Below, in pieces: positions 47,042 through 56,286 of a stretch of DNA of 64,000 nucleotides. The first letter of the stretch is position 1, and every line of letters starts with the position of its first letter. The notes beneath the pieces are model-generated. The model did no database searches. It worked only from the letters and a program-made list of their open reading frames with translations, and had not been told where the DNA came from. Position numbers and translations under genes: made by a program. The stretch lies in contig JBEKCB010000007.1 in NCBI GenBank assembly GCA_050015075.1, forward strand, positions 1-64,000. The letters run 5' to 3'. The stretch is from Candidatus Brocadiia bacterium (GTDB lineage Bacteria; Planctomycetota; Brocadiia; CAIUPP01).

Positions 47042-48241
47042 CTATGCGTGAGCGTGTCGCGTCATGAAATCGCGCAAAGTGTTCATCAGATAGTCCACGT
47101 GTTGCGGACCCAGGTCCTGGTGGACGCCGACGTGGAATCCATGCGTGCCCACGTACTCGGCCTCGGGGAACTGACCGGGTTCGTATCCCAGGAACGCAAA
47201 GCCGGCGCACTGAGTGGGCATGGAGAGGAACAGGTTGCGGGTGTCAATGCCGGCTTCCTCCAGGTGGCGGACGAGTTCGTCCCGGGTGAACGGGGCGTTC
47301 TCCGCCACCAGGATAGGCAGCGCGTGCGGCCCGATGCGCTCGTGGTCCTCCTGGCGGAAGGTCGTCAGGTGCGGCTCGAACTCGCGGAGCCGCTCCATCA
47401 TTTCGGCGAGATTGCGGCTGCGCTTCTCCAGGATCTCGTGGTACACGCCGAGGCTGCCCAATCCGACGGCGGCCTCCAGCTCGTTCATCTTGCTGGAGAA
47501 GCCGATCCGCTCGAAGACGAACCGCGCGTCGGACCCGTACTGGAACCGCCGCTTGCAGCCGCCGCCCGAGCTGTTGATCACGCAACTCTTGCACTTGCAC
47601 GCCCGGCCGTGCGACCGGAGCGAGCGGATGACCTCGGCGAAGTCCTCCCGGTCGGTGGTGATGACGCCGCCCTCGACGGAGGTGATGATGTGCGCCAGGT
47701 AGAGGCTGTAGGCGGCCATGTCGCCGAGTGTGCCGACGTTGCGCCCCTTATACGTGGCGCCGTGGGCTTCGGCGGCGTCCTCGACGACGAACAGGTCGTG
47801 TCGCCTGGCGATGGCGTTGATCGTGTCCATCTCGGCCGGCTTGCCCATGAGGTGAACGGGCATGATGGCCACCGTGCGATCGGTGACGGCCGCCTCGATG
47901 CGGGCCGGGTTGATGTTCAGCGTGGCCCGCTCGACGTCCACGAAGGCCGGCGTGAACCCGGCCTGGAGCACCGCGTTGCCGGTGGCGACGAAGGAGAGCG
48001 ATGGCACGATGACCTCATCGCCGCGCTCAGCGCCGAAATCGTACAGGGCGGCCAGCGCCAGAGCGTCGGCATCCGCGCCGCTCGATACGGCGACGGCCTC
48101 GCGCGTGCCGGTGAGTTCAGCGAAGCGCTGCTCGAATTCGCGGACCATTTTGCCGCTCGACACGCGGCCGCTTTCCAGGGCCGCGAGGACGCGCTGCTTC
48201 GCGTCATCGGTGATCGTGATGGTTCCGAAAGGAATCTTCAT
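47042..48241 (-). CDS. DegT/DnrJ-fold PLP/PMP enzyme with His in place of the catalytic Lys (E1/RfbH/ColD-type C3-dehydratase-like)
   Basis: EDAAEAHGA; SLYLAHIITSVEGG (H at the K position); HGRACKCKSC...GCKRRF Cys cluster. Confidence 0.85.
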   Translation of the reverse strand: MKIPFGTITITDDAKQRVLAALESGRVSSGKMVREFEQRFAELTGTREAVAVSSGADADALALAALYDFGAERGDEVIVPSLSFVATGNAVLQAGFTPAFVDVERATLNINPARIEAAVTDRTVAIMPVHLMGKPAEMDTINAIARRHDLFVVEDAAEAHGATYKGRNVGTLGDMAAYSLYLAHIITSVEGGVITTDREDFAEVIRSLRSHGRACKCKSCVINSSGGGCKRRFQYGSDARFVFERIGFSSKMNELEAAVGLGSLGVYHEILEKRSRNLAEMMERLREFEPHLTTFRQEDHERIGPHALPILVAENAPFTRDELVRHLEEAGIDTRNLFLSMPTQCAGFAFLGYEPGQFPEAEYVGTHGFHVGVHQDLGPQHVDYLMNTLRDFMTRHAHA

Positions 48242-48271
48242 GGACCGCCTTTGCTTGCCGCTGCTCGGAAC

Positions 48272-49207
48272 TCAAACATTGCCGTAGGAGAACTTGGGCA
48301 GAAGCCGGTAGGACTTGATGAGTTCCGCGATGCCTTCTCGGAGCGTGCGCCCGGCCTTGAAGCCCGCCGCCTCGATCCTGGCGTTGGAGACGATGTAGTC
48401 GCGCTTGTCCGGGTCCTTGCCCAACGCGTATTCGGCAATGTGGAAATCCGGAATCTGCGCCTTGATCTCCTCGCACAGTTCCCGCTTGGACAGGTTCGCC
48501 TCGGACAGCCCCACGTTGTAGGGGCGTCCCTTCAGCCGGTCGAAATTCTCCAGGCAGAAGAGGAACGCGTCGGCCACGTCGCGCACGTGCAGGAAGTTGC
48601 GCTTGAAGTCCCCCTCGAACAGGACGATGAACCGGTCATTGACCGCGCGGAACACGAAGTCGTTCACCAGCAGGTCCGTCCGCATGCGCGGGCTGGCGCC
48701 GAAGACCGTGGCCAGGCGCAGCGTGACGGTGTTGTCCGCGGCGAGCAGCTCTCCCTCGATCTCCACCTTCAGCCGCCCGTACAAGCTGACCGGCCGCAGC
48801 GGCGTCTCCTCGGTGCAGTACTTGCCTTTCTCCCCGACTCCGTAGCCGCTGTTCGTGGTGGGAAAGATGATGAGCTGGCTCCCGGAGCGCAGTTTCAGGA
48901 TATCGCGGACCGCGTCCCGGATCACCGTCGTCGCGCCGACCGGGTCCTGGTTGCACAGCGGGGCGCCGGTCAGGCAGGCGAGCGGGAAGACGGCGTCAAC
49001 GTCCTTGAGGCACCGCGCGAGAAGGTCGCGGTCCCGGCAGTCTCCGCGCACCACGTCGAATCGAGGATTCGCACAGCATTCGAGGAGGGAACTCTGGCGG
49101 TACATGAAGTTGTCCAGCGCCAGCACCGCGTGCCCCGCCGCCAGCAATCGAGGGACCATGACCGAGCCAATATACCCGGCGGCGCCCGTCACGAGAATCT
49201 TCGCCAC
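48272..49207 (-). CDS. NAD-dependent sugar epimerase/dehydratase/reductase (extended SDR)
   Basis: ILVTGAAGYIGS, SLYGRLK (YxxxK), RLATVFGASPRMRTDLLVNDF. Confidence 0.93.
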   Translation of the reverse strand: MAKILVTGAAGYIGSVMVPRLLAAGHAVLALDNFMYRQSSLLECCANPRFDVVRGDCRDRDLLARCLKDVDAVFPLACLTGAPLCNQDPVGATTVIRDAVRDILKLRSGSQLIIFPTTNSGYGVGEKGKYCTEETPLRPVSLYGRLKVEIEGELLAADNTVTLRLATVFGASPRMRTDLLVNDFVFRAVNDRFIVLFEGDFKRNFLHVRDVADAFLFCLENFDRLKGRPYNVGLSEANLSKRELCEEIKAQIPDFHIAEYALGKDPDKRDYIVSNARIEAAGFKAGRTLREGIAELIKSYRLLPKFSYGNV

Positions 49208-49264
49208 GTCGCGCTCCGAAGCGCCTTCAGGTCCACTCAAAGGCACAAAATGCCTACTCTCTGA

Positions 49265-49293
49265 ATCTTACCTATTCTGTCGGGTTTTCGCAA
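49265..49293 (-). promoter_or_regulatory. Putative internal sigma70 promoter
   Basis: Minus strand TTGCGA-N17-TAAGAT. Confidence 0.55.
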
Positions 49294-49351
49294 GATGTAT
49301 TCTGCGAGGCACCGCGGCCTGTGCAGGGCTTGCGAAGATTGAAGCTCGGCC

Positions 49352-50929
49352 CTATTGCATGGTAATGATGCGGTCCCGAGGCACGCCGAGCGCCTTCAGC
49401 CGCTCGACGCGCTCGCCGATCCCGACAATGGCCGCCACCACGATGGTGTCGCCGCTTTGAGCCATCTCCTTCTCCGTCATCGTCGGGCGCCCGAGCAATC
49501 GCGGCGGCGCCGTGGGCCGGAACGGGCACACGGCCTTGATGTGGACGGGCAGGCGCCTGGCCATCGCGCAGAGGACGCGGGCCACATCGCCCTCTCCGTA
49601 CAGAACCAGGTCGGTGCGGCGTTCCTGAATGGCAAAGCCCAGCGCCAGGGAGCACTGTCTGAACCAGTACCGGTCGAAGGCGATAATCCTCTTAAGGAAG
49701 GAGACCAGCGCTTTGGATTTGCGAACGCCCTCATGGGCGGCGGAACTGCCCGCTCGAGGGGCGGCGAGGGCGGCCGCGCGCCACTTGACCCGCCACTGAT
49801 GCCACAGAATGCGAAGCGCCACCGGCCGCAGATACAGACGCGTCCAGCGGCCGAGCCGGTGACCGAAGGGCGGTACATGCGCGGAGGCCGGCCCCTGCGC
49901 CGGGGCGCCCGAGCCCGCGCGTTCCCGCAAAGCGATCTTGCGTTCACCCAGACGATAAGGCCGCGTCACCGCGTCGAGCCGGTCGTACCGCCAGGACGGC
50001 AGCCAGTCCGGGTCCACCAGGTCTTCCAGCGGGGCGGCGCTCGGCGGGCGGACCGCGTCCAGGCGCAGCTTGCGCAGGGCCGGGCACTCGAGGAAGGGCA
50101 GCGTTCGGTTTGAATGGAGGCACATCAGCGCCCGGGTGGACATGTGCCGTCCGTCGTGCGGCCCGGCGTAATTGCGATCGCCGGCCTGGCCGGGATGCCA
50201 CACATGGTACAGCCACTCCGCGTCCTGCCAGACTTCCCGCTTTCCGAGGTTGACGAGCCGCCACGTCATCTCGTAAGCGCCCGCAATATGGCCCAGGTAG
50301 TCCAGGTGCATGTCGGACCCGCCGATGGCGACCAGGTCGTCGCGGCGCGCGGCCATGCACGCGCCGTAGTTCCGCGTGTGCAGAGGGTCGGCCTTGTCGA
50401 GCAATCCCAGCGGCTTGCCGTTGACCCAGTTGATGCACCCGAAGCCGGTGATGTCCTCGAACCGCGCTCGGTCGAAGGGATAGAAGCTCGGGTGGTTGTT
50501 GCGGACTTCGTCCAGATGCAGCACGATGTTCGGGTCCGCCTGGAAGGCGTTGCGGATGGACTCGATGAACGTGGGGCGCGCCAGGGCGTCGGAGTCCGCG
50601 AAGCACACGACGCGGCCGCGCGCCAGCAGGATGCCCGCGTTGTACATGGCGTGCTTGTGGTAGCACAGACCCGGGTCCATGCCCAGCACGGCCCAGACGT
50701 CCACAGGCGGCGCCTGGCCGGAAGCGGCCGCGCGGTCCATCCGCTCGCGCAGGGCCGGCCACTCGCGCTGATAGTACTCGATCCAGATGATCTCGTAACG
50801 CTCGCGGTCAACGGTCTGCTCGGCGAGGCAGTCGAGCAGGTGCGCGCTCTCCCGGCAGGACCAGTCCAGCAGGACCAGGCTGACATCCACGCCGGCGGGG
50901 CGCTCTCTATTGACGATGAACCGGGTCAC
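49352..50929 (-). CDS. GT2-like glycosyltransferase with C-terminal Rossmann-like domain
   Basis: LAEQTVDRERYEIIWIE, YNAGILLARGRVVCFADSD, LYHVWHP; C-terminal LVLYGEGDVAR; GTGA overlap. Confidence 0.82.
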   Translation of the reverse strand: MTRFIVNRERPAGVDVSLVLLDWSCRESAHLLDCLAEQTVDRERYEIIWIEYYQREWPALRERMDRAAASGQAPPVDVWAVLGMDPGLCYHKHAMYNAGILLARGRVVCFADSDALARPTFIESIRNAFQADPNIVLHLDEVRNNHPSFYPFDRARFEDITGFGCINWVNGKPLGLLDKADPLHTRNYGACMAARRDDLVAIGGSDMHLDYLGHIAGAYEMTWRLVNLGKREVWQDAEWLYHVWHPGQAGDRNYAGPHDGRHMSTRALMCLHSNRTLPFLECPALRKLRLDAVRPPSAAPLEDLVDPDWLPSWRYDRLDAVTRPYRLGERKIALRERAGSGAPAQGPASAHVPPFGHRLGRWTRLYLRPVALRILWHQWRVKWRAAALAAPRAGSSAAHEGVRKSKALVSFLKRIIAFDRYWFRQCSLALGFAIQERRTDLVLYGEGDVARVLCAMARRLPVHIKAVCPFRPTAPPRLLGRPTMTEKEMAQSGDTIVVAAIVGIGERVERLKALGVPRDRIITMQ

Positions 50930-51636
50930 GGCCTGCCCTTCGCTCTTCGGGCCAGGTTCTCGGCGGCGATCTGGCGCCCTTCTTCCCAGGCGATGAAGAC
51001 CAGTTCGTCGGCGAACTCCCGGGGCTTGACGTACGTCGCATCCAGCGGCGCCTTGCCCGCCTCGAAATGCATGTGCTCGAGCACAATGTCCTTCAAGTAG
51101 GCGAGGCGGTCGCAACCGAGGGCCTTGAGCTTCCGGAAGATGTCGTACAGATGGGTGTCAATGTAGTCGCGGTTGTACTCGACAGGCACCAGCCCGCCCG
51201 CCAGCGCCCACGCTTCGCGGTGGAAGGCCGGCAGGCAAGGCAGCGCCGCTCCTCGAAACAGGTCGTTGCACCACACGAGCGCAATCCGATCGGGGAACCG
51301 GTTGAGCGCCTCGACCACCGCCGTATCCCAGCCGGCAGTGCGGCACACGACGTCATCGTTCATCAGCATGAGGTAGTCGCCCCGCGCGGCCGCGTAACAC
51401 GCGCCGGTCATGGCGCCCATCTTGGCGGACCGCCCAATGCACCGGCGGACCGACAGCCTCGGATGGCCCACGTTGTGGCTGGCGCGATCGTCGGCATCCA
51501 GGAAGAGCACCACCTCGATGCGGTCCGGCCGGTCCGCCGTGGCTACGATGCTCTCGAACAGCCTCGCGACGCAGTCCGGACGGCCCCGAACGGGAAGCAG
51601 AAGGCTGAGGACGCTGTTCTGTGCGATTTCCGCCAT
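50926..51636 (-). CDS. Glycosyltransferase family 2
   Basis: SLLLPVRGRP, IEVVLFLDADD, YLMLMNDD, YIDTHLYD. Confidence 0.88.
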   Translation of the reverse strand: MAEIAQNSVLSLLLPVRGRPDCVARLFESIVATADRPDRIEVVLFLDADDRASHNVGHPRLSVRRCIGRSAKMGAMTGACYAAARGDYLMLMNDDVVCRTAGWDTAVVEALNRFPDRIALVWCNDLFRGAALPCLPAFHREAWALAGGLVPVEYNRDYIDTHLYDIFRKLKALGCDRLAYLKDIVLEHMHFEAGKAPLDATYVKPREFADELVFIAWEEGRQIAAENLARRAKGRP

Positions 51637-51654
51637 GTCGGAGCCGCATTCCAA

Positions 51655-53127
51655 TCACGAATAGAGATTGCGCCGGATCGGCTGCTCCAGCATTTTCTTC
51701 ACGTGGACGACGGTCGGCCGGCCGAATTTCTCTTCGAGCATTTGCAGATAGCGCGGGTTGCTGTGATACGCGCGGAAGGCCTCGTCCCTGAACCGCAGCA
51801 CCTCGGCGGCGGACAGGTGCTTGGTTGGCAACGGCTGCGTGTCGGGGCTGAGCTGCGCGTAAGCTCCCCACGTGTCCGGCAGGCGGAGCCGCGCGTTGAG
51901 GGCGTCCTGGTACAATCGGGAGCCGGGGTACGCCATGGCACAATACAGGTTCAGGTACTCGAAGTTGTGCCGGTACGCCTCATCCAGGGTCTGCCGCATC
52001 GTCTCGGCATCGTCGTCGGGCAGGCCGACGATGTAGTTCGCGATGATGTGGATGCCCGCCTCCTTCGTCCAGCGGATGGCATTCTCCACTTTCTCCGCCG
52101 TCACGCCTTTTTCCACGCCGTCCCTGACGTTCGCCGAGGCGGATTCGAATCCATAGGCCAGCCACCGCATGCCCGCCCGCCGAAGCTTCTTGAGCAGTTC
52201 GGGCGTGACGGTGTCCACGCGCGCGTACGCCCACATGTTCAGATCGTAGTTTCGCTCGATCAGCGCATCGCAGAACTGCTCGATGCGGTCGCGTTTGAGC
52301 ACGAACAGCTCGTCGAGAATCTTGATCGTCCTGACGTGCCAGCGGTTCACGAGGAGGTCAATTTCCTCGACGACCTGCCCGATGCTGCGATAGCGGATGC
52401 CGCTCTCGCCGAAAAGCGCGTTGATGCAGCAGAAGTGGCAGCGGAACGGGCAGCCGAGCGAGGTGTAAATCACGGCGTAAGGGCTGCGCTCGTGAAGGCG
52501 GCCGAAGCAGTGCCAGTTGTGCGCGCGGTACCGGTCCATGGGAAGCAAGTCCCACGCCACGCCCGGCAACTCCGCGTCCAGGTCCTCGATCAGCGGCGCG
52601 GCTCCGTTGAATACGATTCGGCCGTCCCGGCGATGCCACAGGCCGGGGATGGCGGCAAGGTCCTCGCTGCCGGCGCGCAGCGCCCTCAGCAACGGCTGGA
52701 TCGTACGCGGGCCTTCGCCCTGGCACACGAAATCGGCGGCCTCTTCCCGGAGCGTCCGTTCCGGCAGGGCCGAGACGTGAAGCCCGCCGAGCATCTGCTT
52801 CACATCGGGCGCCGCGTTTCGAACGGCGGCGCAGATGGCGCCGGCCGCCGGCATTTTCTGCGTCGAGGCCGATGGGTTCGCGCCGAACACCACGGTCATG
52901 GCCAGACGAGGCCGCGCCTCGGCAACCCGCCGCGCCACTTCCTCGGGGCCGAGGCCTTCCGCTTCCGCATCGAGGATCGCCACGCGGAAGCCCGCATTGC
53001 GGGCGTTCGTGGCCAGAAGGCCGGCCCAGACCGGCGGCTCCACGGCCGCGAACTCGCCGGCGAGCGCCTGGTAGGCCTGGTTCCGTCCGCCGGGATTGAT
53101 CAACAGCAAGTCCAGCCGGTCGCTCAT
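51655..53127 (-). CDS. Cobalamin-binding radical SAM protein
   Basis: N-terminal B12-binding region (GGLHVSALPE, QGEG), TSLGCPFRCHFC, YGFES, NYIVGLP. Confidence 0.93.
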   Translation of the reverse strand: MSDRLDLLLINPGGRNQAYQALAGEFAAVEPPVWAGLLATNARNAGFRVAILDAEAEGLGPEEVARRVAEARPRLAMTVVFGANPSASTQKMPAAGAICAAVRNAAPDVKQMLGGLHVSALPERTLREEAADFVCQGEGPRTIQPLLRALRAGSEDLAAIPGLWHRRDGRIVFNGAAPLIEDLDAELPGVAWDLLPMDRYRAHNWHCFGRLHERSPYAVIYTSLGCPFRCHFCCINALFGESGIRYRSIGQVVEEIDLLVNRWHVRTIKILDELFVLKRDRIEQFCDALIERNYDLNMWAYARVDTVTPELLKKLRRAGMRWLAYGFESASANVRDGVEKGVTAEKVENAIRWTKEAGIHIIANYIVGLPDDDAETMRQTLDEAYRHNFEYLNLYCAMAYPGSRLYQDALNARLRLPDTWGAYAQLSPDTQPLPTKHLSAAEVLRFRDEAFRAYHSNPRYLQMLEEKFGRPTVVHVKKMLEQPIRRNLYS

Positions 53128-54176
53128 CGCGCCGCCCGCCCCGCTTTCCGCCCGACCAGCGCCCGGGCCGCCGAGACGACGTCCCTGGGACCCGGGTAAT
53201 AAGTGGACTCACTGCATGCGGGCACGGGCGTATCGGGCAAGCCGATCCGCGCAGGCGCCGCCTTGAATGCGCCCGGCCCGACGCCCGAAAGGGTCTGCGC
53301 GATGACCTCGCCGCCCACCCCGAACAGCGTGTGACCCGTGTCCACCACCAGCAGGCGCCCGGTCTTGCGCACCGACTCGCACACCGGCGCCGGATCGAGC
53401 GGGCGCAGCCAGCGGAGATCAATGACTTCGGCCTCGATGCCATGTTCCTCGGCCAGTGTGCCCGCGGCCAGCAGGGCATCGGCCAGCGCGTAACTCAGGG
53501 CTACGATGGTCAAATCCGATCCTTCCCGGACCGTCTGCGGCGGCCCCGGCGGACGGAAGTAGACGCCCTCTTCCACGTGCCCGGAAAGGTTCCAAAGCCA
53601 CTTGTGTTCCATCAACATCACCGGCCCGGCGGCTTCCAGGGCCGCGTAAAGCAGCATACCCTTGGCGTCCGCGGGAGTAAAGGGAACGGCGACGCGCAGT
53701 CCCGGGAAATGCGCCAGGACCGCGTGGAGGGCCTGGCTGTGCTGGGCGGCCGAACCCCAGCCCCGGCAGGCGACCGAGCGGATCGCCATGGGAGTTGCGG
53801 TTTGATGGCCGAACATCAGGTCCCACTTGGCGGCGTGGTTGGCAATCTGGTCCAGGCCGACCAGCAGAAAGTCGTTGCGGGGATGGACGACGATGGGGCG
53901 CAGCCCGCCCAGGCTCATGCCGATGCCCATGCCGGTGATGATTTCCTCGGCCGTGGGGACATCGAAGACGCGTTCCTCGCCGAAGACCTCCTGAAGTCCT
54001 TTCGTCGTCCCGTAAGTCCCGCCCAGGTCCGCGACGCCCTCGCCGAAGAGCCGCACGCGCGCATCGGTCTCCAGCGCCAGCCGCGTGGCCTCGGCCAGGG
54101 CCTGCTGGTACGTCAGCGGCCGCTTTCCTTGAGCGAGAAGCTCGGGCAGCTTGGGCGTCGTTCCCCAGTTGCTCAT
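53124..54176 (-). CDS. TPP-dependent dehydrogenase E1 beta-like subunit
   Basis: FGEERVFDVPTAE, DQIANHAAK, AQHSQAL, PFTPADAKG, EVIDLRWLRPLD. Confidence 0.92.
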   Translation of the reverse strand: MSNWGTTPKLPELLAQGKRPLTYQQALAEATRLALETDARVRLFGEGVADLGGTYGTTKGLQEVFGEERVFDVPTAEEIITGMGIGMSLGGLRPIVVHPRNDFLLVGLDQIANHAAKWDLMFGHQTATPMAIRSVACRGWGSAAQHSQALHAVLAHFPGLRVAVPFTPADAKGMLLYAALEAAGPVMLMEHKWLWNLSGHVEEGVYFRPPGPPQTVREGSDLTIVALSYALADALLAAGTLAEEHGIEAEVIDLRWLRPLDPAPVCESVRKTGRLLVVDTGHTLFGVGGEVIAQTLSGVGPGAFKAAPARIGLPDTPVPACSESTYYPGPRDVVSAARALVGRKAGRAAR

Positions 54177-54194
54177 CGGTCTGCTGACCCATCT

Positions 54195-55118
54195 CTAAAC
54201 GTGGCGGTACTCCAGGACGGTCTCTTCACTCTTCAGCGCCTCGGCGTAGGCCCGGTCAACCTGGCCGCTGACCTCCGCGTCAATCGCATCAGCCTCCGCG
54301 CGGGCCAGCGTGCAGCGGGCCACCTTCATGGGGCAGTACTTCTCAAAGAGTTCCATCTCGACCGCGTCGCGGAAGCCGGCGGCGATGTCGTCGCGGATGC
54401 CGTTGTGGTCATATCGGCGGACCGTGCTGCACTCGACGAACAGCGGTCCGCCGGCCTCGCGCACGCGCCGGATCGGCTCGGCCAGCGCCCGGTGAAGCGC
54501 GAAGACGTCGTTGGCCACCTCGATGGAGAAGTCATGCGTTTCCATGCCGAAGGCCCGCGCCACCGCCGCCGGATGCGCCGCCCGCCGGACGCGCTGCGGC
54601 GTGTAGACGCTGTAGCGGTTGTTTTCGCAGAGGAAGATCACCGGCGCGCCGCGGAGCTGGGCGTAGTTGAGGCTCTCCGCGAACACGCCCTCGTCGGCCG
54701 CCGCGTCGCCGAACAACACGGCCGCCACCGTCGGCCGCCGCACGGCCAGCCCCAATCCGACGGCGATGGGCAAGGCGCCGCCGACGATGCTCGTCGTGCC
54801 CACCAGGCTGTTCTTGCGGTCCACAAGGTGCATCGAGCCGCCGTATCCGCCGCTGCACCCGCATCGGCGACCCAGCAACTCGCCGAAGAAAGCCACCAGG
54901 TCGCCGCCGTTGGCCAGATAAAGCGCGTGCGATCGGTGCGTGCCGATTTTCAGATCGTCCGGGGCCAGGTGCGCGCACAGCGCCACCGCGACGGATTCCT
55001 GCCCGACGCTCAAGTGCACCGGACACTGCATCACGTTGGACGCGTACACGTCCAGGATCTTCTGCTCAGCGTGACGGACCAGCGACAGGGTCCGGTAAAG
55101 TTGGCTGTTTTCTTCCAT
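54195..55118 (-). CDS. TPP-dependent dehydrogenase E1 alpha-like subunit
   Basis: PVHLSVGQE, THRSHA, GGSMH, FGDAAADEG...CENNRYS (GDG-X-NN variant). Confidence 0.92.
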   Translation of the reverse strand: MEENSQLYRTLSLVRHAEQKILDVYASNVMQCPVHLSVGQESVAVALCAHLAPDDLKIGTHRSHALYLANGGDLVAFFGELLGRRCGCSGGYGGSMHLVDRKNSLVGTTSIVGGALPIAVGLGLAVRRPTVAAVLFGDAAADEGVFAESLNYAQLRGAPVIFLCENNRYSVYTPQRVRRAAHPAAVARAFGMETHDFSIEVANDVFALHRALAEPIRRVREAGGPLFVECSTVRRYDHNGIRDDIAAGFRDAVEMELFEKYCPMKVARCTLARAEADAIDAEVSGQVDRAYAEALKSEETVLEYRHV

Positions 55119-55196
55119 GGTTTCGCTGCCGGGCCAGGTTGCGCGGCATCTCAGTCCTTTTGAGCCGGATGCTCGAACGGCGTGAGGCGGCCGCGT

Positions 55197-56126
55197 TCAC
55201 TTCTGACAGAAAGCCAGGCCGACGAATGATTTCATCGAAGGGCCGGCCGGCTTCGGCTGTGCGGGCGCCGGGGTCGCATAGTCATGCCGTCCGGCGGCCT
55301 CGGCATGGTAGGCCGACGACGGAAACCGCGTTTCGAGGTCAACCACCCGCGCGAATCCCGCTTCCTTCAGGCAGCGCCGCAGGAGCTTTTCCGACAGGTA
55401 GACGGAGTTGTCAAAGCACCATGGGAACGGATTCGAGAACACCTGGTTCGGTTCGCCCATTCTGATGACATACTCATCGTCATCCCAGACATTGGTGATC
55501 AGCAGCAGGGCTTCGCGGGTGATCGAGCGCAGGAAGTGAAGATGACGAAGAGGTTCCGTCAAATGCTGAAGAACGCTCATCGAAACCACCACGTCGTATT
55601 CGGGGCAGTTGGGTATGACGCCCAGGCGCAGATCGTAACCGGCGTGGACGAATTTTGCCTTGGTGCCCAGCAACCGATTCAGGAAATCAACGCACGCGCC
55701 CCGGTCGTCCTGATCATAACCGACCGCGAGCCTCATTCCACGCCTCGACATCGCCACGGGAATATATCCGGCGAAGCAGCCGATGTCCGCCAACGACTTC
55801 TCGCCGAGGTCGTGAATGTGTTCGCACAACTGGTCTACAAATCCGTCGTAGACCTGGCGTATCGCCGAATTGGCCAGGCTGAATGCCTGCGCTTCCTGAT
55901 CGGCGACCAAGAGACGCGGCACGGACGCGCTGGGGTATTTGGCGGCATCGTATCCCGGCCAGCGAATCTGCCCCGCACTCGGGTTCCGCGTCACAAACGT
56001 ATAGCCGGCGCCGACTTCGAGCTGGTCCGTGATGATGAAGGGCTGATAGGTAAAGCTTCCGGAGCAGATGAGCCGCTTGGCCTCTTCCGCATCAGCTTCG
56101 GTTTTGACGAACGGCCTCAAGTCCAC
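55197..56126 (-). CDS. Class I SAM-dependent methyltransferase
   Basis: LADIGCFAGY, YDVVVSMSVLQHLTEP; GAGG RBS before GTG. Confidence 0.85.
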   Translation of the reverse strand: MDLRPFVKTEADAEEAKRLICSGSFTYQPFIITDQLEVGAGYTFVTRNPSAGQIRWPGYDAAKYPSASVPRLLVADQEAQAFSLANSAIRQVYDGFVDQLCEHIHDLGEKSLADIGCFAGYIPVAMSRRGMRLAVGYDQDDRGACVDFLNRLLGTKAKFVHAGYDLRLGVIPNCPEYDVVVSMSVLQHLTEPLRHLHFLRSITREALLLITNVWDDDEYVIRMGEPNQVFSNPFPWCFDNSVYLSEKLLRRCLKEAGFARVVDLETRFPSSAYHAEAAGRHDYATPAPAQPKPAGPSMKSFVGLAFCQK

Positions 56127-56235
56127 GTGAGCCTCGCTTAACCGTAAGGGTCGCGCGGGTGTCTCGCCACCCGCCTAACCCGCGGGAATCTGTGTCTGAT
56201 CGAAGCCCATGCGATGGTCAGGCGTCAACCCTCGG

Positions 56236-56264
56236 ATTCTGACAACCGAGGTTGCCTCTGTCAA
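56236..56264 (-). promoter_or_regulatory. Putative internal sigma70 promoter overlapping an inverted repeat
   Basis: Minus strand TTGACA-N17-CAGAAT; CAACCCTCGG/CCGAGGTTG palindrome around the -10. Confidence 0.6.
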
Positions 56265-56286
56265 GCAATTGTCCTGCGCGGCGATG

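Noticed and set aside
53124-55118. Central-metabolism pyruvate dehydrogenase (pdhA/pdhB)
   Set aside because: No E2/E3 nearby and embedded in a glycan operon, so gene symbols were not assigned
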